Shown piece after piece: positions 1-11,680 of a stretch of DNA of 64,000 bases. Each line of letters opens with the position of its first letter. Within the stretch, counting starts at the first letter, position 1. This DNA comes from Somniosus microcephalus (lineage: Eukaryota): contig CM126211.1 in the NCBI GenBank assembly GCA_052327205.1, forward strand, positions 178,870,001-178,934,000, read 5' to 3'. Both the position numbers and the translations under genes were made by a program. The notes under the pieces are model-generated. The model ran no database searches and was not told the origin of the DNA. It saw only the letters and a list, made by a program, of their open reading frames with translations.

Positions 1-136
1 AATCAAGGGATATGGGGAGAAAGCAGGGACAGGGTACTGAATTTGGATGATCAGCCATGATCGCATTGAATGGCGGAGCAGGCTCGAGGGGCCAAATGGC
101 CTACTCCTGCTCCTATCTTCTCTGTTTCTATGTTTC
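1..136 (+). mobile_element. 3' tail of a CR1 (HER1-like) LINE
   Basis: Same terminal sequence (GATCAGCCATGATC..TTGAATGGCGGAGCAGGCTCGA..GGCCTACTCCTGCTCCTAT..TTTCTATGTT) as the end of the near-full-length CR1 at 24900-25045. Confidence 0.85.
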
Positions 137-793
137 TGTGCACCAAAATATATGCATAATTTAAAAGTGGGAACCTGAGTTTGTCACATGGACCTTTGGG
201 GGTGGCTAAGTTGCATTGGTGCAATCTTCTTCTCTTATCCATTTTTTCCTGTCTTTTCCTTTGTTTCCTCACTTTCCCTACTTCAGTTTTATCTATATTT
301 CTCATTCCATCTTCACTGCCCATCAGACTGTGGGAGTTGCGAATGTTTTCTTTCATTGGAAAAAATAAAATCACACAGTTATGGAGGCAGGGCTACCCCA
401 GAATTCATTGCAATAGTCAAAGCCCTCTATGAAATCTACAGGCCAAGTTGTTTTAACAGGAGCTTTCACTACTGCTATGAAGGAAGAAATGCTAGGAACT
501 ACTGGTACAACGCATATACAAGAGTGATCATAAATTTCAGGGAGAGAGCGTAATTTTATTTCTGTGACACTTCTGCTGAATGGTATGGTTTTTATTTCCT
601 TTTCCTGAGGTAAAGGTAAGGATGATCTAAAATTTCAATCAGCATTTGATCTGAAAACAATCAGGAAAATATTAGTTTTTGATTACTAAAAAGTAATTAG
701 CTTGGTTTCCAACTCTTTTTGGTAAAATGCATTGGTATAGTTTAAGATCTTTTTTACTCTTGCTGAAAACAGATATAAGAGCAATTCTTCAGA

Positions 794-2146
794 ATGTCCC
801 CCAAGGATCTATCCTTGGCCCCCTCCTATTTCTCATCTACATGCTGCCTCTTGGTGGCATCATCCAAAAACACGGCGTTAGTTTCCACGTGTACGCTGAC
901 GGTACCCTGCTCTACCTCACCACCACCTCTCACGACCCGCCCACTGCCTCTGATTTGTCAGACTCCCGTATTGAATGAGCAGAAATTTCTTCCAACTAAA
1001 TATTGGGAAGACTGAAGCCATTGACTTTGGTCCTCGCCACAAACTCTGTTCCCTAGCCAACAACTCCATCCCTCTCTTTGGCCACTAACTGAGGGTGAAC
1101 CAGTTTGTTTGCAACTGTGGCATCCTATTTGATCCTGAGCTGAACTTCCAACCACATATCCGCTTCCTCACCAAGACCACCTACTTCCACCTGCGTAACA
1201 TCGCCCGTCTTCACCTCTGCCTTAGCTCATCTGCTGCTGAAACCCTCATCAATGCCTTTGTTACCTCTAGACTTGACTATTCCAATGCTCTTCTGGCCGG
1301 CCTCCCATCTTCCAACATCCATAACCATGGACTTATCCAAAACTCTGCTGCCCATACCTTAACTTACACCAAGTCCCGTTCACCCATCACCGCTGTACTC
1401 GGTGACCTACATAGGCTCCCGATCTGGCAACGCCTCAATTAAAAAAATCTCATTCCTGTTTTCAAATCCCGCCATGGCCTCTCCCCTCCCTATCTCTGTA
1501 ACCTCCTCCAGCCCTACAACTCTCCGAGATCTCTGCACTCCTCCAATTCTGGCCTCTTGCGCATCCCCAATTTTAATCACTACACCATTGGCGGCCGTGC
1601 CTTCTGCTGCCTAGGCCCGAAGCTGTAGAATTCCCTCCCTAAACCTCTCCACCTCTCTATCTCTCTCTTCTCCTTTAAGACACTCCTTAAAACCTACCTC
1701 TTTGACCAAGCTTTTGGTCACATGTCCAATATCTCCTTTTTTTTAACTTGTTTCTGGGATGTGGGCGCTGCTGGCAAGGCCAGCATTTATTGCCCTTGAG
1801 AAGGTGGCGGTGAGCCGCCTTCTTGAAACGCTGCAGTCTGTGTGGTGAAGGTACTCCCACAGTGCTATTAGGGAGGGAGTTCCAGGATTTTGACTGAGCA
1901 ACGATGAAGGAACGGCGAAATATTTCCAAGTCAGGATATGTGTAACTTGGAGGGGAATTTGGAGATGATGGTGTTCCCATGCGCCTGCTGCCCTTGTCCT
2001 TCTCGCCGGTAGAGTTCGCGGGTTTGGGAGGTGCTGTCGAAGAAATGTGGCTCGGTGTCAAGTTTGGTTTGATAACATTCCTGTGAAGCACCTTGGGACG
2101 TTTTACTACGTTAAAGGTGCTATATAAATGCAAGTTGTGTTTGTCG
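794..2146 (+). mobile_element. 5'-truncated L2-clade LINE (RT C-terminus and 3' tail), interrupted at 1737-2045
   Basis: Motifs [41 protein letters not shown]. The tail (..GGGACGTTTTACTACGTTAAAGGTGCTATATAAATGCAAGTTG) resumes after the insertion. Confidence 0.85.
1737..2045 (-). mobile_element. 3' fragment of a second CR1-group LINE family inserted into the L2
   Basis: Minus-strand SFIVAQSKSWNSLPNSTVGV..FKKAAHRHLLKG with an A-rich tail; nearly the same sequence as 44157-44635. Confidence 0.8.
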
Positions 2147-2887
2147 TACACTGTATAAAAGTAACTGATCCAATAGAGGACCTTATTTATAAAGACAAAT
2201 TATAAGATTGCCATTGGCAGCCTTGATATTAAATCAATGTGCCCTGCTCACAATGGTATCTGAATATTGGACTAATTACACTGTAATAAAAAGCCATCTT
2301 ATACCACCATACAGGAAGCAGTATTTTTCTATCACATTAGCAGTGTCACCTTCATCTAATGACCAGAGCACAAGCCAGCATTTATTCAAATTATGGAACC
2401 AAAATACAAATTGCTTGAAATCTATAATATTGACAAAATTAAACCTTAAAGTGACATAGTAATGGGAAAAGAATAAAGATCAAGTTTCAATACAATAATT
2501 GAAAACTGAAGCACAGCAAATAACATTATCTATCTATATAAAAAAATCTGTGCCCACTTCATGTCAACATTTACCACTTTATAAATACCTATTTCCACAT
2601 TTATACTGGAAACTACATATGTAAATTTGTGATGCTATAATTATACACTCCCCAATGGAGGCTGTATGGCATGATCCCTGGTGAGAGGCTATCATTTACC
2701 TAGACAATTTCCATTATGAATTTTGATATAGGAATTTATAATGGAAATATATATGTAAATAAGGACAGAATGAAGGATTTAAAATGGGGGCTGTAATTAC
2801 CGTATGATAACTTTACATGGCCAGTTTCTATTATGAATGTGGACATAGAAATTTATAATGACCTTTAAAAATAAGGACAGACTGTAT

Positions 2888-4799
2888 GGCCCCGATTTTC
2901 TGGCCGCCGTCGGGTGGCTTTTCATGCGGCCGGGGGCCGAAAATCGGTGAAAAAGCGGGTCGGGACCCCCCCCACCCCGCCTGATTCGGGACCCCCCCCC
3001 ACCCCGCCTGATTCCCCGCCCCGTCCGACATTCGGACCGCCGTTTCCCCGCACCCCACTTCAGCCCCAGCCGCCGCTGGCGGGACTGGTCGTCGGCACAC
3101 TAATTACCAATAATTACCTCGTTGAGGTAGATTTTCCGGGGCCGTCGCAACTTTGGGGCTTTCCCCACATGAAACCCGCCTGCGAGGAACCCCGCTGCTG
3201 AGAGCTGGCGTGAAGCTTGCCGGCTTGCTAGCTATCAGCTGCAGGTCAATGGAGAAGCTGCGATTTAAAGGGACAGCACTTGTATGTTGAAGGACCTTGT
3301 TGCTGAAGGTTTGGGGCTACTTCTTCAAGGCTTAGGCACAGCTGTGGAAGGTTGGAGCCTCACACACTTCTCCAATGTGATCTCCTGGGAAGCCCCTCTC
3401 ACCACCCTCACTCAGCACTTCCTCAGCGGAGGCATCTACGAGAAGCATGGGACGCCTTTTTTTCCTTCCCTTCTTGCCATTAGAGGATCTCCAGCAGCAC
3501 AGGTGGCAGCAGCAGAACCAGGAACAGCATGATGAGCACCAGGAGCACCAGGCTGCTGCTCACTCACCTGAAGCTGCACAGGCCAGAAGGGGCCAGCGCT
3601 TGGAAGTGACTTGAGAGCACCTTGCTGCGCTTTAGGGGGCCAGTGGGACCCGTTTCTGCACTGGCAGTCCTACTCAGAAGGACTTCCATGAAGATCTGGT
3701 TTCTCTGTTCAACTGATGGCCAACGCTCCTCAAGAGATGTCATTCTCTTACGAGCACTCACCATGTTTTCCGTACCCTGGCGAGTTATCTCCTCCATGGA
3801 GGTTGCCAACCTTTCCATGGTGATGCGTTCATGCGCCAATGACTCCACAAAGGCTCTGCTCATGGTCGCTATGGACTCCTCCATTCGCTCCACACTCGCA
3901 GCGACCCTGGAGACAAAACCTGCCAGAGACTCCTGCATCTGTGCATGGAGATCCATCACCTCTTCTCTTGCAGATGGACCCAGAGGCAGAGGGTCGACAT
4001 GCAGCGCAGCTGAGCTGAGCTGGCAGAGTCCTGCGCCCTCCGACGAGGACTCTCCACTGCTGTCCCTGTCTCCAGAATCTGCTGAGGCTCACTTGTGAGC
4101 TGTGAAACACCAGGTGACAACACTACTCTATGTCCCGTAGGTCCCCCCGAGGTGTGTGTGTCTGCGCTGGTGCTGGGTGCGCTTACTTCTGCTGACGCTG
4201 CGCCCTCAGAGGTTGGAACTTCCTCTGAGGAGTCTGGCTGCACAGCCTCTTCCTCCTCCACAGTGAGGACGGGGGCTCTGGATGGTACTGCAGGGGAGTT
4301 GAGGAAGGAATTAGAGATGTAATACCAAGGTTCTTCTGGTGACTCCCAGCGAGTTGGCATCTGCTGACACCTGCATCCATGCAGCATTGGTCTCAGTGGG
4401 AGGCCTCTTCCTCCCTGACCTAGGGAAGAGGACTGCCCTGTGGGCCCTAACCCCATCCAATAATGCCTGCAGTGAAGCCTCGTCGAATTTGGAGGCAGCT
4501 CGGGGTCTGGCACTGCCCACAGCTGCTGCAGGCTCCTCTGCCATCCTGTATGGTTCGTTTGGAAGCCTTCAGAGGATGCAGTGCTTGCTATGGACCTTGA
4601 AAGCACCACGAATGATGACATGATACTGTGGGGATTTCTGACTTGAATTGGACAATTAGCAAGGCGTCCCACATGCTGGGAATTAATTGGCCACTTGAGG
4701 GAAAATTGCATGGAGCTGGCTGACACTTTTTTATGTGTGTCAGAAACCCCACATTCGGGGAAATCCGACCATTCCCCACACAAGCCGAAAATCGGGGCC
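2888..4799 (-). mobile_element. PIF/Harbinger-type DNA element carrying a Myb/SANT gene remnant, no transposase
   Basis: Perfect 13-bp TIRs GGCCCCGATTTTC (2888-2900) and GAAAATCGGGGCC (4787-4799); 3-bp TSD TAT on both sides; internal Myb/SANT-like ORF. Confidence 0.8.
3564..4544 (-). pseudogene. Harbinger Myb/SANT-like (NAIF1/MSANTD-type) accessory protein, broken
   Basis: SKFDEASLQALLDGVRAHRAVLF..RKRPP..NAAWMQVS.. (4311-4544), then a Ser/Glu-rich linker and a coiled-coil segment (VAASVERMEESIATMSR, 3564-3959). Confidence 0.7.
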
Positions 4800-5138
4800 T
4801 ATGACTTTAAAATGGGGAATGAGTTACATCTGCATGCTCGATTCCTTAATCTCCTGGGTCCCTTGTCCTGCTTCACCTAAAGTCTACACTTGGTCTTGAC
4901 TGCCCATGTGCAATGCCACAGGAGATCAACTAATATATGTGATTTATAGATCTTTAAAGCCTTTGAGGGATCATGATATGGTGATTGTAGATTGCATTAT
5001 TGCTTACTAAATTGTTAAAAGACAGTGAGAAGAAGCAGCACATTGGATTAGAGTGGAAGAGGTATTGGCAATAATTGGGGACTTGGAACAGGAAGAGAGC
5101 TATTGGGTGCACAGTGTTTTATGTTTTGAGCATGCAAG

Positions 5139-6314
5139 TGTAGGATTCGCAAAAATCCAGGAAAATACAGTCTACATTGTAAAACCCCTGAAATGGCCAC
5201 ATTTTATGAACACAAGATGGAGTTGGCAGATCACATGACTCATTTCAGAAGGACATACCACTGCAGTATCTTAAAGAAACCTGAGTCACCACCGATTAGA
5301 AGATTCCAGAACTGACTGCAATTGATATGGTAAAATGGTTACAGTAGTAACGAAGTCAAAACAAAAGTATTTACACCTCAAGGTGTGTTAATTGCTTGCA
5401 AAACGCAAACCCATCTCTGAAATCGCAGAGCACAGACAAAACCTATTATCTGTACCAAACTCAGAGGGACACAGGACAGATCCCATTAGTTTCATTTACA
5501 AGACATTAAAATAAAGTACCCGCTTTTGTCAAAGCAGCCTGCCCATTACTTTAACAAAAGAAAACCCCTGATTTGGCACCAAGATAAGGGCAAGAAAACA
5601 GTATAACTGTTGGGGGAAAAGAGACATTAAAAACAACACAGTTTCACACAGACACGAGGTCAAAGGCAGAGCGAGTGGAGAGGTTCGATTACGGTTCAAG
5701 GAGCACGGAGGGCCTACAAGTTCGAGCAGGAGAGCAGGTTCAGGAGCCGGTCCCATAAGGAAGATTGGAGGTCCCGGACGATACAGGAGCACCAAGGTCA
5801 AGGACAGTTTTAAAAACCCTGGTGAGCATAGAGGCCCAACTCCACCTAGCTGATCTAGTTGAGGTATACTGTAGAGACGGGAGGGTTTTTAATATTAAGG
5901 GCTTTGTAATTCGGGAGTGTTATTCATCCTTCGTTGTGCCGTGCGCTTTCTCCACCCCCGTTTTATTATATCGCTGATCTAGAATTGATGTATTATGATA
6001 GTCAAAGTAACTCTTGTGTGTTAAATTTTAGTTCCCATTGAGAGGCGTGTTCATGATTTTTGTCTGCATTGTTTCTTCATTCTCTATGTTTTATTCTCCT
6101 TAAAAATAAAGATACCTTTGATTTAAAACTTACCTTGTCTCACCTGATCCATTTGTCTTTCGAGTCACAAGTTGGGCCAACACATCAAGGTGGTCTGGCA
6201 ATAAGCCCAGTGTCTAGAACCGGTGAGGGGGGAGCGCTTCGGAACTGCTCACGAGCAGTGTGAAATCAAAAACCGATCTCGCACACCACAAGCTTGTTAA
6301 AACGACCCCTTACA
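5139..6314 (+). repeat. 5' LTR (1176 bp)
   Basis: Starts TGTAGG and ends CCTTACA; direct repeat of 14565-15730; TATA-like GTATAAC near 5602 and AATAAA near 6105. Confidence 0.95.
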
Positions 6315-6316
6315 GA

Positions 6317-8231
6317 ATGGCGACCCAGATGGGACACTGGCTACAGAACCCTTGTGTGGTGGACAAAGACTCGGGTGAGACAGATGTTATGGAGGACAGG
6401 TTATCCTCCTACGTGTGTTGCAAAGTAAATGTAGCAAAAAAATGGGTATATGACCTGTTAGGAGCCGAGCATCCCCTAAAGGCAGCTGCCCAGTGGACGG
6501 CTAGTAAAGAGCACCGCAAGGGCATTGAAAAAGCGGCGTGGCTTATGTGCTACAAAAAGCAGGTTCTGGTACTGGACCACGTGGTGGCCAGTAAGGAAAC
6601 CAAAATTAAGCATTTGTCCCGGGAGCTGCAGGAAAAGGTTGCAGCGGAAGAGAAGGTGCTAGTGGCTCTAGAGGCCATAAGCCAAGAGAGGGCAGCGATG
6701 GTCCGGGACCATCGGGGGAAGGTAGAAAGGCTGGAGGGCAAGATAGTTGAGCTGGAGGGGAGCGCTAGGTTCAGGGTAGAATACGTAGAGTATCAGGCAA
6801 GAGAATCCAGGGAGAAAGAGAGGAGATTAAAACAGAGATTAGCCGCCTTACAGGGGAACTGAAGGCACAGGAGGAAAAGGTAGGCGAAGTAAAAGCAGCC
6901 TATAAGCTGGCCTGCGCTCAAGGGTTTGAGGAGGCAGACCACGGCCCCTGTAGGCAGGAAATAGAAAGCCTGAATCTGGCATTGGCCAGGGCAAAGGGGA
7001 TGATATGCCTCATTAGCCCCAAGGTTGGCCAGGCTGAGTTCAACGGTAACCCAAGCAGGGAAGTCCCGCAGGCAGCCCCCAGAACAAAACGGGTTAGGGA
7101 ACCCGAGATTTCACAGCCACCACCGCTAGCCCCTAGTTTTCCAGAGGTCTGGGATCAGGAAGGGGTGGAGGATGAAGAATCCAAGGTAGACCAGGGTAGC
7201 CCGAGAGAGAATCAGGGACCGGGACTGGTGCACCCTGTGACACAATGGAGGTACGGACCACCCGGTGACGACGGGGAACCTGGGGACCTCCAGAACTAAT
7301 TCCTGGTGCCACATGGTGCGCAACAATTGCGCTCCATGGTGAGCTACATCCCCAAGCTCACCATGAAGGGGGACCCTTCTCTTCACTTTAGGGAGATAGA
7401 GCAGGCGGCCTGTGTTAACGACTGCGACGAGGCAGAGAAGGCCAAGATGATGTTGTTCTCCCTGGGTAGCGATCTCCTCCAGACGCTACCCGATGGGTGT
7501 AAGAGGGGTCAGGAAAATTATGGCAGGCTGAAGGACGAGATCCTGGAGGCCATGGGGATGAACGAGGGGAGTCCGTTCACCCGGGTGGAGAAAACAGTCC
7601 AGCTCCCCGGGGAATTCCCGCAGGCGTTTGCGGACAGGCTGTGGCCAGTCTACCAGGGTGCGTGCCCGGGAATGCCGGCGCGAGCGAACCTGGACGGGGA
7701 CCAGTTAGTCCACTGGCTCAGGTGCCTGATGAATAACTCCCTGCCCCGCGTTCGAACGCAGGCAATGGCCTGGTTCGACCCCCGAAACCCTCTGACCACG
7801 GAGGCGACGGTGATCCGCCAACTCACCGTCACCTTTAGAAACGGGAGGGATAGTGAGACACCCCAGCAAAACGGGAAGGTTTGTGAGGTCAGGCCTGGTG
7901 ACCAGCCCCGTAAAGAGTGGCGCCAGGAAGGGAGCCGTCCCAACCAAAGCCGACAAACGTGCTACGGCTACGGGAAGGAGGGGCATTGGCGCAGGGACTG
8001 TAAGAATCCCTGGAAGGACACAAGGGAAAAGGTCCCCACAGCCCCAGCCCAAGCCCCGGCCGCACCCCCGACCTCTGCCTCAGAGAGAGAGAGACGGAGC
8101 CAACTGCCCCTCCAGAGCTGCTGGACGTGCTGCTGGCTTCAGTGAGGTCATTGGTCCTCACTAAGGGAAAGATAGCAGCCACCACCGGTCCAGCGGTTCC
8201 CCCAACCCCTTCCCAAAGTGGCCCGCAATGA
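6317..8231 (+). pseudogene. gag: Gag: long N-terminal coiled coil, capsid-like region (QLPGEFPQAFADRL), degenerate CCHC knuckle
   Basis: ORF pieces 6260-6862, 6982-7299 and 7306-8145 join via a frameshift near 6855, an in-frame TAA at 7297 and a (GA)n slip near 8085. Knuckle reads CYGYGKEGHWRRDC. Natural stop is probably TGA at 8229-8231. The start could be ATG 6317 or ATG 6389. Confidence 0.8.
6318..6335 (+). promoter_or_regulatory. Primer-binding site, tRNA-Arg(CCG)-type
   Basis: TGGCGACCCAGATGGGAC, 3 nt after the LTR end, is the reverse complement of the vertebrate tRNA-Arg(CCG) 3' end GUCCCAUCUGGGUCG-CCA as I recall it. Confidence 0.8.
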
Positions 8232-11200
8232 CTGGAGCCTGCGCAGCCCATCTATCTATGTGCGCTCCAGTACGACGGATGGAAGAGACCGCTCGTGTAG
8301 ATGGAGGTAGAGAAGGAAACGGGGACTTATCTGTTGGATACGGGAGCTTCATGCACCGTGATCCATACGGAGAATCCCACCACCTCACCTCTGTCTAACG
8401 GGGTTCCATACGTCCTATCGGAGTTCACAGGGGCGGTGCAGATGGGTGCGTTCTCCAGGCCGCTCTCGATCCGCCTGGGCACACTCCAGACAAAGTGGAC
8501 ATGTGTCCTGGCGAGATGGGATGCGGAGGGAGGGAAGGGGATCCTAGGGGCCGACTTCATCGTGGGCCATGGGATCCTCATGGACCTCAGGAACCATTGC
8601 CTTTGGGGGCCAACACCGGAAAGGAAAGTGGAGTGGTAGTAATCCCGGGAAAGGATGGGAAGGGAACCCTGTGTACCATGAAGCCGAAAGGGAGTTACGA
8701 CCTCGGTGAAATGATGGAGGGTATCCCAGAAGTATTTAGAGCCGAGATGCAGGCTCAGTTAGGTGCGTTCGCCACGCACAAACACGACTGTGGGAGGGTT
8801 GCTGGCTTTGAGGTTAGGGTAGATGGGGATCCCATGGCCCGGCCCCAAAAGCAGTACAACTTCCCAAAGGAAGCAGAGGCTGATATGGAGGTGGCCATAT
8901 CAGCGCTGGTACAGCAGGGGGTGCTGAGGCCTATAGCCACCCATGTGAACTCTCCGCTTTGGCCGGTTAAGAAACCGGACAATTCCTGGAGCGCCACGGT
9001 GGACTATCGGGTGTTGAACAGCAACATCCCCGCATGTGCCCCCACAGTGGCAGCAGTGGCCGACCTCATTGGGAATATCCCCGCATCCGCGACCACGTTC
9101 ACGGTGCTGGATATTTCCAATGGGTTCTGGTCGATCCCTGTGCGGAGGGAGGACCAGTATAAATTTGCCTTTACTTTCAGAGGGCAACAGTATACCTGGA
9201 ATTGCTTGCCACAAGGCTTCCACAATAGTCCCAGCATTTTCCACCAATGCATGGCGGACAGCCTGAAGGAGTTCAGTCAGCCCCTTCAGTTAGTACAGTA
9301 CGTGGACGACCTGCTCCTGTTTACCGACACGGTCAGGGAGCACGGCCCACTGCTGGCTGAACTGTTGGAACTACTGACCAGAAGGGGGTTCAAAGTCAAC
9401 CCAAAGAAAGCGCAGATTGGTCAAAAGGAAGTCAAGTTCCTGGGGCTGACCATCCGCGCCGGAGAAAGGGCCATCGATAGGGCTAGGAGGGAGGCGGTAC
9501 AAGAGTTACCGATCCCCGTCACCATAAAGGGTGTGAGGTCGTTTCTAGGGCTAACTGGGTACTGCCGAGACTTCATGGAGGACTATGCGGCCATGGCAGC
9601 CCCACTAATCTGACTCCTGCACAAGGGAGTGGAGTGGTCATGGGATGAAGGATGCCAGGCCGCGTTCGAGCTCCTAAAAAGGAAGCTGCAGACCGCACCG
9701 GCCCTGGGAGCGATAGATGGGGGAAGGGAGTTCTTCCTGGAGGTGGCGGCCAGCGGGGACAGTCTGAGTGCTGTGTTGCTCCAGGAGCGACATGGCAAGC
9801 TGAGACCCGTGGTTTACTCCTCCAAGGTGCACACCGACGTGGAGAGGAGCTACTCGGTCTGTGAGCGGCACCTCTTGGCCACACACTGGGCTGTGAAAAG
9901 ATCCGCCATCTTCACAGGCACCTCCCCCATCACCCTCCTCACACACCACACGCCCACCAAGATGCTTTTGGATGGGAGGATTAAGGATGGGACAGTGAGC
10001 AGTGCCCGCATTGCGCACTGGACCCTACTCCTCTCACAAATGGATCTGCGGGTACGAGGCCTGTGTGAGCCCAGATTTGCCGCCAACCTGGCTTACCCTG
10101 GGACAGCCCATCAATGTTCCGTTGAAGGGGTATGGGAGGTCGACGTTGGTCTCCGGGCTGGGATACATCCCACCGGCCGTGAGATTTACGTGGATGGTTC
10201 CAGCACAGTATCCGCTGGAAAGCGGCTCACGGGGTTCGGAGTGTATGACCCAACGGCTGACATTGCGTTGGCGATTAAACTCCCCAGTGCCATGAGCGCC
10301 CAGCAGGCAGAACTGTCTGCTGTGGCGTATGTGGTTACCCATCCTGAAGTTTTCCCTACCCCGTACACGATTTGCTCAGACAGCATGTTTACATGCAATT
10401 CGTGTACCGAATACCTGGCCATCTGGTCCCGTCGCAGATTCACTTCCGCGGATGGGAGACCCTTGGTGGTAAAGCCCCTGCTGGAGAAGATCCTGGCAGC
10501 CTGAGGAAAGAGATAATGGGTTCGCCCCAAAGGTGGGCAGAAGTCCTGCCTCTTGTCCTCATGGGGATCCGCTCCAGCCAGTCGAAGAGTACGGGGTACT
10601 CTCCGCATGAGCTCATGACCGGGAGGGTCATGAGAATCCCCACCCACGTCCTGGCCCCAGTCCTAACGGAGGGGCAGCTAAGGGAGGTGAATCAGGACAA
10701 ATTCGCCCGCACGCTCCTTGAACGCCTCCAAAGGATCTATGAGGGGGCCGCAGGTAACATGGGGAGGCAGCACCAGGGAAATAGGATGCTGCTCGAGCCC
10801 AGTAAAACCCATCGCTGGGAGGTAGGGGATCTAGTGATGGTAAGGAACTTCGCCCGTGTGGGGAGTTTTGAGCCACTTTACATGGGTCCCTACAGCATCG
10901 TAGATCAGGCCAGCCCCATGGTGTATGCTGTGAAACTGCCCCGGTGCACAAAATGGTTTCACATCAATCAATGTAAGCTGTTTAAGCCGGAGGCAGGGAA
11001 GCAGGCAGCGGGGGCTGAAAAAGGCAGCAATGAATTAAAAACTGCAGGGGAGCTGCAGCCGCAGGTCACACAGGCTGGACGAGCAGCCTGCGTGAGGGGA
11101 GGAGTTGTCCCGTCCACACGGGAGACTCCCCCATTGTTCTGGGACCCAGAAGGGGAGGAGCCGGAGGTCCTAGGTCCTGTCCCTGGTCACAAGGAAGCCG

Positions 11201-11680
11201 AGTCGGAGGACAAAGGTCCCGCCCCCGACTGCAGTGAAGGGGAGGAGCCGGAGGTCTTAGGTCTTGCCCGAGTGCAGCATTAGAGAGGTGGCGTCTGGGG
11301 GCGGAGACTCTCAACCTGGAGTCCCAGGTAGCGGGGAGGTGCCTGCCGCTGACCCAGAGCCTAGGGAGGCGGAGCCTGCGGGAGGAAGCCCACAGCCGGC
11401 AGTCGTGGGGAAGCCACGGACTGCAGCCAGGGCCAAAACTCCAGCCAAGGGTCCGACCTACGAGGAAGCCTCATATGTGGTGACCCTTAGACGGTCAAAT
11501 AGAAAACCGCAACCGAAGAAGGTTTGGTCGCCGGTTTTCACAAGAGGGACCCCCCGGAAGAAAGCTGCGAGAAGTTTAAACGGTCCACAGCCAGTAGCCA
11601 CGGGCTGCCAGGGACCAGCAGCTGAGACCGATGTGGGAACGCAGCAGGGGGAGGCCTGCGACGGTCCCCGCAGATTATAA
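8232..11680 (+). pseudogene. pol: Pol: aspartic protease, RT, tether, second RNase H, integrase C-terminal remnant
   Basis: YLLDTGAS and GILGAD (protease); LDISNGFW, LPQGF and YVDDLL (RT); FFLEVAAS..CERHLLA (degenerate RNase H/tether); IYVDGSS..AQQAEL..CSDS (RNase H); TGYSPHELMTGR, YMGPY and LRRSNR (IN C-terminus). Contains frameshifts, a TGA at 9611 and a deletion at ~10500. Confidence 0.9.

Noticed and set aside
5765-6263. Small ORFs inside the LTR, repeated at 15181-15679, as possible accessory genes
   Set aside because: They start at non-ATG codons, have no recognisable motifs, and their conservation is explained by LTR identity.
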